From NCBI GenBank assembly GCA_950072105.1, contig CATMOE010000003.1, positions 32,001 to 96,000 on the forward strand: DNA of 64,000 nucleotides, in the 5' to 3' direction. Made by a program: the position numbers and the translations under genes. The notes below the pieces were generated by a model, which worked only from the letters and a program-made list of their open reading frames with translations, did no database searches and was not told the DNA's origin. Below are positions 1 through 9,501 of this stretch, piece by piece; within the stretch, counting starts at the first letter, position 1, and each line of letters starts with the position of its first letter. This DNA comes from an uncultured Dehalococcoidia bacterium (GTDB lineage: Bacteria > Chloroflexota > Dehalococcoidia > Lucifugimonadales > UBA3495).

Positions 1-1
1 G

Positions 2-118
2 GAGCACCGGTATCTGGACGACGATGTTTACGTTTATACCGATGACGGGACCGAACCCGATGAATTACAGGACTCGGATGCTGATCCTGCAGCGGCTCAA
101 GAAAGGTCCGGGGACTGA
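2..118 (+). CDS. 3' end of a CDS entering from the left edge (acidic tail, unknown product)
   Basis: Frame 2 is open from the edge: EHRYLDDDVYVYTDDGTEPDELQDSDADPAAAQERSGD, then TGA at 116-118. Confidence 0.5.
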   Translation, partial: EHRYLDDDVYVYTDDGTEPDELQDSDADPAAAQERSGD

Positions 119-240
119 GGGGGGCGCCAGACCTGGACACAGTCAATCAGATCATCGGCGATTCACAGATGTTACAATGGGTGTTAACTGGCGCAACGTA
201 GTTTTTTGAACATCTACTGCACAACTTGGAGATTTAACCG

Positions 241-1173
241 ATGCGAATATGTTCCTTTTTGCCTAGCGCTACGGAAATCTTGTACCAACTGGGTCTGCAA
301 GACCAGCTTTACGGCGTGACCCACGAATGCGACTTCCCGGCGGAAGCCAAGGAAAAACCCAACGTGGTTCACAGCGTGTTCGATGGCATGGAACCCACCA
401 GCGGGGAGATCAGCCGAGTAATCTCTGAGCGATTAGAACAAGGTCTTGGTATCTACGACATAGACCTGGAAGTGTTGTCTGCCGCTCAACCGGACCTGTT
501 GTTGACTCAAGCCATCTGCGAAGTTTGAGCCGTCTCGTCTCGGCAGGTGGCCGAGGTAACCGCGGGATTGGCCAAGCAACCGGAAGTTATCTCCCTGGAT
601 CCTCAATACTTGGGGGACATATTAGAAGACATCCGGCGTGTCGGCCGGGCCACCGGCACCGAAGAAATGGCGGAGACTATCACATCCCGGCTGCAGGAAC
701 GCATCGACGCGGTGGCGGAACGGGCCTCTCAAGCCAGCAGCAAGCCGAGGGTTTTGCACTTAGAGTGGGTTGATCCGCTGATGTGCGGTGGCCACTGGGT
801 GCCCGAGATGGTGGAGTTGGCCGGTGGAGTCAACTGTTTCGGCGATAAGGACACCGGTTCCTTCCGCATGGAATGGTCTGACGTGGTAGCCAGCCGCCCC
901 GATGTCATAGTGTTCATGCCCTGCGGGTTTGAGGTGAAACGAGGATTAGAAGACGTGCCGATAGTGGCGGCGTTGGAAGGATGGGACTCATTGCCGGCGG
1001 TGGAGAACAACCGGGTTTACGTAGTCGACGCCAGCGCTTACACCAGTCGGTCGGGTCCCCGGTTGATAACCGGCTTGGAAATCATGGCGGAGATGATGCA
1101 CCCGGAGTTGTTTTCGGGGTTGATTCCAGAAGCGGGGGCGACCCGTTTGTACGGGAGCTTGGCTTCGGTTTAG
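241..1173 (+). CDS. Cobalamin/Fe-siderophore ABC solute-binding protein (BtuF-like), probable selenoprotein with UGA at 526-528
   Basis: ORFs 241-528 and 547-1173 share a frame. Joined they read RICSFLPSATEILYQLG..GVTHECDFP..TQAICEV(UGA)AVSSRQV..LEWVDP..GGHWVPEMVELAGG..SRSGPRL; the family usually has CxVCAV here. Confidence 0.85.
539..555 (+). promoter_or_regulatory. Putative bacterial SECIS hairpin
   Basis: CTCGGC-AGGTG-GCCGAG; the stem starts at +11 after the UGA. Confidence 0.65.
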
Positions 1174-1201
1174 GCAACCGGCAACCCAACTTATGGAATC
1201 T

Positions 1202-1870
1202 TTAGTTGAGCCGCGCCCCTCGGAAAGGGTTTCGTTTGGCGACTTCGGCGGTCAACATCTCGTTCCCCCGGTTCAGCAGGGGCAACAACTTTTCTAACCG
1301 CTTGCCGGCATCAGGCAGTTCCAGCAGTTCCTGCTTTACGTCTCTCGGCAGCTCAGTTCCGGAAGCCAAGCTGGAGGCGATGGCAAAGGCCAATGTGACC
1401 GGATCACCGGGCACTTCGGCCTGGGCGGTCCATCCGCCAGTGAGGGCGGTCAGATTTCGCAGATAGCCGCCGTAGGCCTCTTTGACTTCTCCGAAAACCG
1501 AAGCCGCCAGTTCTCCGGGTTCTTCGGTGAAATACCTGACTTGACCCACCATGTAAGGCACCTGCTGGGTAATCTCCACAACTTCGAACCGCTTTTCTCC
1601 CCTGGTCATTATGTTCAATCGGCCCTCTTCCAGCCGCTCTACTTGGACGATACGGGCGGTGGTGCCGACCTTGACCGGCTCGGCCGGCTCTCCAACTTCC
1701 TGTCCTTCCTGAATGAGGATGACACCGAAAGGCTCCTCCCGGTCCACGCACTCTCCAATCATGGTTTTATAGCGCTCTTCGAAGATATGCAGCGGCATGG
1801 GCATTCCGGGAAACAGGACCACATTAAGGGGAAACAGGGACAGTTGAAGTAGATCTTCGGGCTGGTTCAT
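1202..1870 (-). CDS. Lon protease N-terminal (substrate-binding) domain protein
   Basis: LFPLNVVLFPGMPMPLHIFEERYKTMI..PFGVILI..VGTTARI..GRLNI..GEKRF; start uncertain (1870 or 1933). Confidence 0.85.
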   Translation of the reverse strand: MNQPEDLLQLSLFPLNVVLFPGMPMPLHIFEERYKTMIGECVDREEPFGVILIQEGQEVGEPAEPVKVGTTARIVQVERLEEGRLNIMTRGEKRFEVVEITQQVPYMVGQVRYFTEEPGELAASVFGEVKEAYGGYLRNLTALTGGWTAQAEVPGDPVTLAFAIASSLASGTELPRDVKQELLELPDAGKRLEKLLPLLNRGNEMLTAEVAKRNPFRGARLN

Positions 1871-2087
1871 AACATCGTTGAGTATATTCTCCCGGTCTTG
1901 GCAAGACAAGTTTGAGGGAGAAAGAAGGATCACGAGAGAGCGACAATGCTTAGGGCAGGGTAATTTCCATCTCCCGCCGCGATAGGCCTATATTTAACAC
2001 TTTCAGGGGAAGTTGCTATTATATTCAAAGGCGTCATGTCATCCATGATCTACGGGACGCCGACACTATTCCAACCGGCGGATAAAT

Positions 2088-3026
2088 ATGGCAATTATTG
2101 ATAACCTGCTGGTTCAGATCTGGATAGACAGCCTGGTGGCGATGGTTATCCTGGGGGTAATCATATCCGTGTGGGCGGCGTGGCGGACCATCTCCAGGCA
2201 GCGCAGCCAGCTTCTGGCGGTGAACACGGAGCTCGACCTACGAATCACCGACCTGTCGACGGAGATCAATCTGCGCCAACAGGCTCAAAGGGAATTGGCC
2301 GAGCAGGCCGCAGCTCTGGCCAGAGCCGACGAGATGCAACGCTCACGGCAGCGTATCGTCAGCGCCCAGGAGTCGTTGCGGAAAGAGATTGCCCAACAAC
2401 TACATGGTTCGGTGCAGAACCGTCTCATTTTCCTTGTGTTGCGGTTGAAACAATTGGAGGCAACCGCCGAACCTAAAGGCGTAGCCTTGGAACTGACCGA
2501 TCTACGTGAGAAGTTTGAAGAACTGCTGGAGCAAGAGATCCGGTCCATTGTGCACCAACTGTATCCCTATATCCTGCGCCGGGGATTCGTGCCGGCCCTG
2601 CAATCCATGGGGGACCAGATTGAATCCGTCATATCAATAGAGATGGACCTGGACCAGGAACTGGTGCGCAAAGAAAGGGCCGATCGGAGTTTGATCCCAG
2701 AACAAGCCAAGCTGGCGGCCTATCGAATCGCTGAAGAAGCTTTGACCAACGTGGTGAAACACGCCAACGCAAGCAAGGTCTCGGTGCGGTTGGAGACGCC
2801 TTTCGGAGGGTGGTTCAGGCTGACGGTTCAAGACGATGGGCAAGGGTTCGCTGTGGAAGAATCCTTGGAGGGCATGGGCATCGTGGGAATGCGCGACTAC
2901 GCCGAGGCCATCGGCGGGGAGTGCGTCATTCTGGGGGCTCCTGGCAAAGGGACGCAGGTTACCGCTACTCTTCCCCTTGTAATACTTGAGAAAGAATTTC
3001 CAGAGACAGCTTTGCTTTCGGAATAA
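2088..3026 (+). CDS. Sensor histidine kinase (HisKA_3 / NarX-DegS type) with one N-terminal TM helix
   Basis: H-box EIAQQLHGSVQN, N-box EEALTNVVKHA, G-boxes DDGQGF and GMGIVGM, GKGTQV. Confidence 0.9.
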   Translation: MAIIDNLLVQIWIDSLVAMVILGVIISVWAAWRTISRQRSQLLAVNTELDLRITDLSTEINLRQQAQRELAEQAAALARADEMQRSRQRIVSAQESLRKEIAQQLHGSVQNRLIFLVLRLKQLEATAEPKGVALELTDLREKFEELLEQEIRSIVHQLYPYILRRGFVPALQSMGDQIESVISIEMDLDQELVRKERADRSLIPEQAKLAAYRIAEEALTNVVKHANASKVSVRLETPFGGWFRLTVQDDGQGFAVEESLEGMGIVGMRDYAEAIGGECVILGAPGKGTQVTATLPLVILEKEFPETALLSE

Positions 3027-3348
3027 ACGCGGCGGCGCCTTCTTCTCTGGCCAGGCGCTCGTAGCCCTTTCCAGTATGTGCGCTGACGATGATGACTTGG
3101 ACTGCGGGCACCTGTTCCCGCAGAATCCTCACTACCTCTAGGCCGTCTCCATCTGGCATGTCCACGTCGGTGATTACCAGGTCCGGATTCAGGCTTCCCA
3201 CCAGCTTGACGGCTTCCGACCCGGTCTGAGCCTCCCCGACCACTGTGAACTGGCTGCTTTCCTCTAACAAAGAACGCAGCCAGTTGCGGAACTCACCGGC
3301 ATCGTCGGCGAGAACAACTCGGTAAACGCCGATTCGGTCTGTGGCCAG
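2965..3348 (-). CDS. Single-domain response regulator (receiver only), probable CTG start
   Basis: The frame extends upstream of 3270 to include RVVLADD; DLVITDVDMPDGDG, IIVSAH and FIPK are present; GGAGGAGG precedes CTG at 3348. Confidence 0.85.
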   Translation of the reverse strand: MATDRIGVYRVVLADDAGEFRNWLRSLLEESSQFTVVGEAQTGSEAVKLVGSLNPDLVITDVDMPDGDGLEVVRILREQVPAVQVIIVSAHTGKGYERLAREEGAAAFIPKAKLSLEILSQVLQGEE

Positions 3349-3440
3349 AGTTCCTCCTCCTTTCCATGCGGTGTCCGGCAGTTAAACTGCCAGCAAACGA
3401 TCAAGTTGGCCAAACGGTTTCCCCTGATTAAAGGGCGACG

Positions 3441-4088
3441 TTAGGAATCTTCCAAGTAGACCAGGGTAGCCTTTACCCGGGAATGAACGCCCTCTTCGCC
3501 AGGAATCTGCAAAACTTGATAGATGGCATTGATATAGGTTTCAACCGATTTTTCAGTCAGTGTCAGCCGTTGGGCTATAGATGTGTTGTTGAATCCTTGG
3601 GCGATCAACTCCAACACTTGCCGATGCCTGGGAGTCAGCTTGGCCGCTGAGGATCCCCGCTTGGGTTGCAGGCTCTCCACAACCTCAGGGTCCAACACCA
3701 CCATGCCGTCCACACTGCCCTGAATCGCCCGTAGCACCGAAGCCATGTCTGGGACATTCTGTTTCAACAGATACGCCCAACCGTGGGTCTCGCTCAAAGG
3801 GAGGCTGGAAACGTACCGGCGGTCCTTGTGGACGGAGAGGATGACGATTCCAGTGTCCAGCCGCCTCTCCTTGATCTTTAGTGCGGCATCTATGCCGTCC
3901 ATCTCGCCCGGAAGCTCGATGTCCATTATCACCGCGTCAGGATTCTTCTCGGCGGCCATCGCTACGGCGGATTCGCCATCGGTAGCCACCCCAACGACGT
4001 CAAGCCCCGGCTCCGCGTCAAGGGTATGGCGCAGCATCTCACGGAAAAGAGGTTCGTCCTCGACTATGAGTATCTTTAGCGGATCCAA
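3441..4088 (-). CDS. NarL/LuxR-family response regulator
   Basis: ILIVEDE..DAVIMDIELPG receiver domain; LTPRHRQVLELIAQGFNNTSIAQRLTLTEKSVETY HTH. Confidence 0.92.
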   Translation of the reverse strand: MDPLKILIVEDEPLFREMLRHTLDAEPGLDVVGVATDGESAVAMAAEKNPDAVIMDIELPGEMDGIDAALKIKERRLDTGIVILSVHKDRRYVSSLPLSETHGWAYLLKQNVPDMASVLRAIQGSVDGMVVLDPEVVESLQPKRGSSAAKLTPRHRQVLELIAQGFNNTSIAQRLTLTEKSVETYINAIYQVLQIPGEEGVHSRVKATLVYLEDS

Positions 4089-4362
4089 ACCATACTCCGC
4101 ATAAATCTCCGGTCAAGTCTCATTGGATTTGGGAGCTAAATTCCCACATCGCGCTCATTATGACAACGGCCCATAGTCGTGTCTACCACATGGAGTTACC
4201 CCTATCCATCATCGTGCTAGCCCGTGGCGGGTAACGGGAAAACAGTATGTCAAAAACCGGGAGAAGCACGATGCCCCGCGGGAAGTTGCGGCGGTACCAT
4301 TTCTTCAGTTGGCCTCGCAAGGCAATAAATCTGGCAGCAACCGAAGAAAAGGGAGAATTGAA

Positions 4363-4968
4363 ATGGAACGGAAAAGATTCGCATCACCAGGGGATTTAAG
4401 GGCAGACCAAAGAGGAATCACCGGCCTGGAAACGGCCATCGTGCTCATCGCGTTTGTCGTCGTGGCGTCGGTGTTCGCCTTCGCCGTCCTCAGCACCGGA
4501 CTGCTCAGCTCTGAAAAGAGCAAAGAGACGGTATTGGGAGGCCTAGAGGAAACTTCGTCGACACTGAGCATTCGGGGCGACATCGTAGGTGACGCCAATG
4601 CGGGCAAGACGGCCGTCGATACCGTCAAGTTCACCCTGACCAGCGCCGCCCAAGCCGCGGATGCGGTGGATCTTTCCAGCACCGGAGTGGTGATCACATA
4701 TTTAGACTCGGACCAAGCTCTGAACTGCACTAATGGCTCGGGATCAGGTTCATCCTATTGTTTCTGGACCACGAGCTGGATCATCGGCTCCGGGGACTTG
4801 GTTGACCCGGGGGAGCAAGTGGATGTGACTGTCGACCTGTCTAACATGACACCGGTCCTAGGCCTGAAGAAGGAATTCACCATACAGGTAAAGCCCAATA
4901 AAGGAGCGGTGGTCATCGTGAATCGGACCACGCCACCGGAATTCAAAGCGATCCAAGCTCTTAACTGA
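4363..4968 (+). CDS. arlB: Archaellin (archaeal flagellin family)
   Basis: Class III signal peptide DQRG|ITGLETAIVLIAFVVVASVFAFAVLSTG; C-terminal LVDPGEQV and FTIQVKPNKGA; GGGAGA upstream of ATG 4363. Confidence 0.9.
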   Translation: MERKRFASPGDLRADQRGITGLETAIVLIAFVVVASVFAFAVLSTGLLSSEKSKETVLGGLEETSSTLSIRGDIVGDANAGKTAVDTVKFTLTSAAQAADAVDLSSTGVVITYLDSDQALNCTNGSGSGSSYCFWTTSWIIGSGDLVDPGEQVDVTVDLSNMTPVLGLKKEFTIQVKPNKGAVVIVNRTTPPEFKAIQALN

Positions 4969-5041
4969 GCAGGACGGCCCGGGGAAAATGCCAGTTCATG
5001 TCGCCGTAATTTGATCGATCAGGGAGTTTGAATCAGAAACC

Positions 5042-5668
5042 ATGAAGAATCTATTAGATCAACGATTGATAAAATCAGCAAGGCTACACAGTGACCAGCG
5101 AGGGATCACCGGCCTAGAGACAGCCATCGTTCTCATCGCCTTCGTTGTAGTCGCCTCGGTGTTCGCCTTCGCCGTCCTCAGCACCGGGCTTCTCAGCTCG
5201 GAAAAGAGCAAAGAAACTGTATTAGGAGGCTTGGAGGAGACTTCGTCGACCATTAGCGTAAGAGGCTCGGTTATCGGGGACTCCAACACGGCTAAGACTT
5301 TCATCGATACCGTCAAGTTTACTCTGAGCAGTGCCGCCCAGGCATCCGACACGGTGGACCTGTCCACCACCGGTGTGGTGGTTACCTACCTGGACCAAGA
5401 CCAAGCTATCAACTGCGAGAACCCCCAGAGTTTTGACGGCGATGCCGACACCGCCGAATGTTCATGGTCCACCAGTTGGGTTATCGGCTCCGGAGACCTG
5501 GTGGACCCGGGCGAACAAGTGGACATGACGGTTACTCTGACCAACCTGTCCCCGTTACTGCCTAAGAGCAGGGAATTCACGATTCAAGTTAAGCCGAACA
5601 AGGGTGCAGTGGTCATCGTTAATCGGACCACACCGCCAGAGTTGAAAGCCATCATGGAGCTTAATTAG
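5042..5668 (+). CDS. arlB: Archaellin, tandem paralog
   Basis: Same DQRG|ITGLETAIVLIAFVVVASVFAFAVL N-terminus and conserved C-terminus. Confidence 0.9.
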   Translation: MKNLLDQRLIKSARLHSDQRGITGLETAIVLIAFVVVASVFAFAVLSTGLLSSEKSKETVLGGLEETSSTISVRGSVIGDSNTAKTFIDTVKFTLSSAAQASDTVDLSTTGVVVTYLDQDQAINCENPQSFDGDADTAECSWSTSWVIGSGDLVDPGEQVDMTVTLTNLSPLLPKSREFTIQVKPNKGAVVIVNRTTPPELKAIMELN

Positions 5669-5817
5669 GCTTACGCGCCGATCGGAGCCAACCGTGTCAT
5701 TGGAAGAGATTAATCTTCCCCCGTCCGTCCCCCGGATCCTTCTAGGACCGCCCTCTTCTGGAGGGACCGGGGACGGATGAGCAGGCGGCGCCAAGAGATC
5801 GAAACGTCATTGCCAAG

Positions 5818-5858
5818 AAGACCGCCGGTGAGAAAGCCCTCCTCACCGGCGGTCTTTT
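5818..5858. terminator. Probable terminator hairpin between convergent genes
   Basis: AAGACCGCCGGTGAG..CTCACCGGCGGTCTT-TT. Confidence 0.6.
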
Positions 5859-6151
5859 GCGCGTCTTACCCGAAAGCTGGTGGGGCCTTTTTGCCGCCTT
5901 GCCCAACGCAAGTATTCGGACATCTGAGGGTTGGCGCGGATCAGGTCTATGGAGTGTAGCTCCTTGGCCAACGTGGTTTCGGAGAAGAGGGCGTGTAGTT
6001 GCCGGTGACAGGTGGGACAAAGCTTGGCCTTGGGTCCAAACCGGCCACCCTTGGCGCGGGGGACCAAGTGGTGCACCGTGTACCGCTCTGCGTCTCTCGC
6101 GCATAGCTCGCAAGCGGCAGACTGGCCGTTGTTGCCGGTCTTCCCATCCAT
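5843..6151 (-). CDS. Small HNH endonuclease-like protein
   Basis: CELC..TVHHLVPRAKGG..LCPTCHRQLH. Confidence 0.75.
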   Translation of the reverse strand: MDGKTGNNGQSAACELCARDAERYTVHHLVPRAKGGRFGPKAKLCPTCHRQLHALFSETTLAKELHSIDLIRANPQMSEYLRWARRQKGPTSFRVRRAKDRR

Positions 6152-6183
6152 GGATCGATCGGGATCGCGCATGATGGAACCGG

Positions 6184-6666
6184 CTACTCTTGCCCCGGCT
6201 GTTGTAGCAACCGCCAACTGGGCAAATCCACTCTCCATTCGTTTTCTTCAAGCAGCATGGGCACTATCAAACCGGACATCATGCGGCCACTGGAAACCTG
6301 GCTTTCATCGCCGGTCATCCCGAAGGGAAGAAAGGCGAAGGCATGGTCGTCATCCAGGTAGGTTGTGGGAGCCACGCCCAACTCGGTTAGGTCTTCCAGT
6401 GGCCACAGTCTCAGGATGGTGGTCCGGAAATCTTCCATCATCGAGGGGCGGCGGGGATGCGAGGAATCGTAGGCGGCCCGGTAGGCCTCTTGCATATCGA
6501 TGTCGTTTCGGGTGGCCCAGACCCCCATGCGCATGCCGCGGGTTTCCTTGGATAGCAGGGACCAGGCTAGGTCCATCAGATTGTCCCGAATAGCTTCGGC
6601 GAATACTCCGGCCCGGTTGCCGCATTCGTCAGGCTGTTGGCTTCTCTTCTCGCCGGGAATTTTCAT
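6184..6666 (-). CDS. Hypothetical protein
   Basis: 160-aa ORF with an upstream GGAAGG, co-oriented between ggt and the HNH gene. Confidence 0.6.
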   Translation of the reverse strand: MKIPGEKRSQQPDECGNRAGVFAEAIRDNLMDLAWSLLSKETRGMRMGVWATRNDIDMQEAYRAAYDSSHPRRPSMMEDFRTTILRLWPLEDLTELGVAPTTYLDDDHAFAFLPFGMTGDESQVSSGRMMSGLIVPMLLEENEWRVDLPSWRLLQQPGQE

Positions 6667-6769
6667 GCGCCTTCCATCGTGTCGCAGCTCCCTTGAGGTT
6701 CGGTTGGGTTGCGGTTAATCGCCGGAATCACCGTCAAATTATCGGATGCCGATTGATGGCGTCCGGTGC

Positions 6770-8503
6770 TTACCATCCGACGGCATATCCGTCCCGCCGG
6801 GGGTCGGCGGCTCCGTGCAATGCTCCGTTGTCTTGGTCCACCTCGATCATAACCTCGCTGCCCGCGGCCAGCCAGGGACCCAAGACATTTAACGTGTGGC
6901 CGCGATTCTCCAATTCGGTTCTAAGCTCGGGAGAAAACCGGCTTTCCATGAGCAATTCGTTCTCGCAAGTATGAGGGAAATTGGACTCCGTGGGGCTTTG
7001 GGTGTTCCGCCAGCGGGGGGCTTCCACGGCTTCGGCGACGGTCATCCCGAAATCCAATAAGTGGGTGATTACCTGTAGGTTGGTCTGCACCTGCGTGTCG
7101 GCCCCCGGGGTGCCGCAAACCAGCTTTAACTGCCCCAATGAGGTTTGGGACGCGGCGCCCGGACCGGAAGATTCGGGTGGGGCGAACACCATAACCGGAT
7201 TCATGGTGTGCCGGACCCGCTTGCCCGGTTGCAGGCAGTCAACGTGGTCTTCTTCCAGGTGCCAGTAGGTCATGCGGTTGTTGAGCAATATCCCTGTGTC
7301 TCCGGCGATAATGCTGGACCCCCAGGCGCTCTGGATGCTTTGTAGTTGGGATACGGCGTTGCCCCACCGGTCCACCACCGCAAAGCAAGTGGTGTCTTCC
7401 TCTCCATCGCCCCCGGTGACCACCGGAACTGCTGTCTGACGAGGTTTCGCCGTTTGGAATTCCCAAGGGTTTCCCGCGGAAATCTCCTGGGCCGCCCGGC
7501 TGGGGTCGATTAATTTGGCTCGTTCTTTGGCGTACTCTTTGGAAAGTAGGCCCTCGATAGGAATGTCGGTATAGTCAGGGTCGGCCATGTAGGCCTCCCG
7601 GTCGGCGAAAGACAGTTTCTTGGCTTCGACCATAAGATGGATCGATGCGGCCGTGTTGCAGCCCAGGGCCTGCAGGTCGAACTGTTCGACCAGGTTCAAC
7701 TCTTGGAGAAGTATGTGGCCGCTGGAGTTGGGCGGCGCTTCGTAAATTACGTGACCCCGGTAGGTGGTGGAGATCGCTTCCTGCCAGCGGCTGTGGCAAT
7801 CGGCCATATCTTTCATGGTCAAAATTCCGCCCTGATCCTGGCTGAATGCTACGATAGCCCGTGCGATGGCTCCTTCATAGAAGGCCTCCCTACCGCCGTC
7901 GGCCACGGCTTGGAAAGTTCTGGCGAGGTTTTGCTGGTAAAGTATCTCCCCTGGACGTAGGGGCCGTCCGTCTATGGTGAACACAGCTTGGGAGGTGGGG
8001 AACTGGCGCAACAAAGAGTCGGCGGCGATGGCGTTGGATAACACGCGGCTGGTGGGAAAGCCGTTGGCCGCCAGATCTATCGCGGGGGCCAAGACTTGGC
8101 CCAATGAGAGGACGCCGTATTTCTCGTGAGACGCCAGCCAGCTATCCAGTAAACCGGGCACGGATACGGAAAGGATGCCCTTCGTCGGGATTCCCTCAGG
8201 CAAGTAACGCTCACGGGTTGCCGCGTAGGGGGCCGCTCCGGTTCCGTTGCAGATCTCGATGCGGTCCGACTCTTTCCAGTGGACCATGATGAACCCATCG
8301 CCGCCGATGCCCGACATCAGCGGTTCCACCACGTTCAGCGCCGCGGCGGTGGCGATGGCGGCGTCCACGGCGTTGCCTCCTTGTTGCAATATGGAGATTC
8401 CTGCCTGCGAGGCCAGTGGATGGCCCGAAGAAACCATACCGTTGCGCCCCATGACCACCGGCCTATGGGACTCAAAATTCACACTGTGTGGTGACTGGGC
8501 CAT
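6770..8503 (-). CDS. ggt: Gamma-glutamyltransferase family Ntn hydrolase
   Basis: GGNAVDAAIA..VVEPLMSGIGGDGF, nucleophile DTTCFAVVD, LQPGKRVRHTMNP, GAADPRRDG. Confidence 0.95.
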   Translation of the reverse strand: MAQSPHSVNFESHRPVVMGRNGMVSSGHPLASQAGISILQQGGNAVDAAIATAAALNVVEPLMSGIGGDGFIMVHWKESDRIEICNGTGAAPYAATRERYLPEGIPTKGILSVSVPGLLDSWLASHEKYGVLSLGQVLAPAIDLAANGFPTSRVLSNAIAADSLLRQFPTSQAVFTIDGRPLRPGEILYQQNLARTFQAVADGGREAFYEGAIARAIVAFSQDQGGILTMKDMADCHSRWQEAISTTYRGHVIYEAPPNSSGHILLQELNLVEQFDLQALGCNTAASIHLMVEAKKLSFADREAYMADPDYTDIPIEGLLSKEYAKERAKLIDPSRAAQEISAGNPWEFQTAKPRQTAVPVVTGGDGEEDTTCFAVVDRWGNAVSQLQSIQSAWGSSIIAGDTGILLNNRMTYWHLEEDHVDCLQPGKRVRHTMNPVMVFAPPESSGPGAASQTSLGQLKLVCGTPGADTQVQTNLQVITHLLDFGMTVAEAVEAPRWRNTQSPTESNFPHTCENELLMESRFSPELRTELENRGHTLNVLGPWLAAGSEVMIEVDQDNGALHGAADPRRDGYAVGW

Positions 8504-8675
8504 CGGTTGCCTCCTGGTGATTATGGTCGAAATTCGAACTGAATAGAGGGGAATTAATCCAGGCGAAATTCAATCAGGATTATCCTTTGGTCCGGCAGGC
8601 AGTCAAGCGAGGAATCATTCGGCTGATCCTTGGATAGGACGTACTGCCCTCGATTGGCGATGAGGTTGCGTAGAC

Positions 8676-8711
8676 AAAAAAAGAACCGCCCAGATGCATC
8701 GGGGCGGTTCT
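8676..8711 (-). terminator. Intrinsic terminator of the HesB-like gene
   Basis: On the minus strand AGAACCGCCC..GGGCGGTTCT followed by a T-run. Confidence 0.8.
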
Positions 8712-8740
8712 AAATCATAACTTAGTTCAATTTTGAGGAA

Positions 8741-9118
8741 CTAATGTCCGCCGCAACCGCCGCTACCGCAGCCACAACCACCGCCGCCACTGCCACAGCC
8801 ACAACTGCCACTACCACAACCACCGGCGCTGGCAAACATCGGGTTGTTGATTACGAACCCAACCTGTCCGCCGAAGTTCTCCACAAAATCTATGGTAGCT
8901 TCCTCAAGAAATGGAACGCTGTCAGCGTCCATCAACAGGTTGACTCCGTCCAGAGTCAGGACCGTATCGTCGGCCTGGGTCTCCTTTTCCATGGTCAACA
9001 TGTACTGGACACCACCGGATTCTGCAGGCATTGCGATAACTCGCAGGGAGCTATCGGTTTCCCCTTGTTCTTCCATGACTTCCTTGAGTTTCTCTATGGC
9101 TAATGTGGTGACTTCCAT
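8741..9118 (-). CDS. HesB/IscA-like A-type Fe-S carrier with Cys/Gly-rich tail
   Basis: EVTTLAIEKLKE..LRV..Y.L..DD..D.DS..FLEEATIDFV..GFVINNP..CGCG. Confidence 0.85.
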   Translation of the reverse strand: MEVTTLAIEKLKEVMEEQGETDSSLRVIAMPAESGGVQYMLTMEKETQADDTVLTLDGVNLLMDADSVPFLEEATIDFVENFGGQVGFVINNPMFASAGGCGSGSCGCGSGGGGCGCGSGGCGGH

Positions 9119-9337
9119 TTAATTTCACGCTCCTTGTTATTGAACCAAGTAGCGAATCACGCTGTAGGATTGGCTAAACAAGGCTATCACAAGGGTAGAT
9201 ATGAGTCAACGATTGTAACACCCGATTAACGTAGATTCGGCTGGTGTTCGATCTGAGATTCAGAGATTCGACGACCTGCCCCATTTGATCGCTGCCACTG
9301 ACTGGCGATTCAAGTTTCGGTCAGTGTCACTGTTGTG

Positions 9338-9367
9338 TTGACAGCCTGGAATCCCCCTCTCTAATCT
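9338..9367 (+). promoter_or_regulatory. Putative sigma70-type promoter of the capsid operon
   Basis: TTGACA-N18-TAATCT. Confidence 0.45.
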
Positions 9368-9501
9368 CGATATCAACAAGTTAACCGGGTTGGCAGCCAG
9401 GCCAACGGGCCATATTTTTCGGAAGGGACAGACCCCGACGTGGATCTGTCCCTTTCTTCGTTGGTCTGGCGGCGCATCCCAAATCAGCGGGAGGTGAAAC
9501 A

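Noticed and set aside
5717..5780. Long imperfect hairpin after the archaellins as an ncRNA
   Set aside because: No recognisable family motif; more likely a terminator or REP-like structure.
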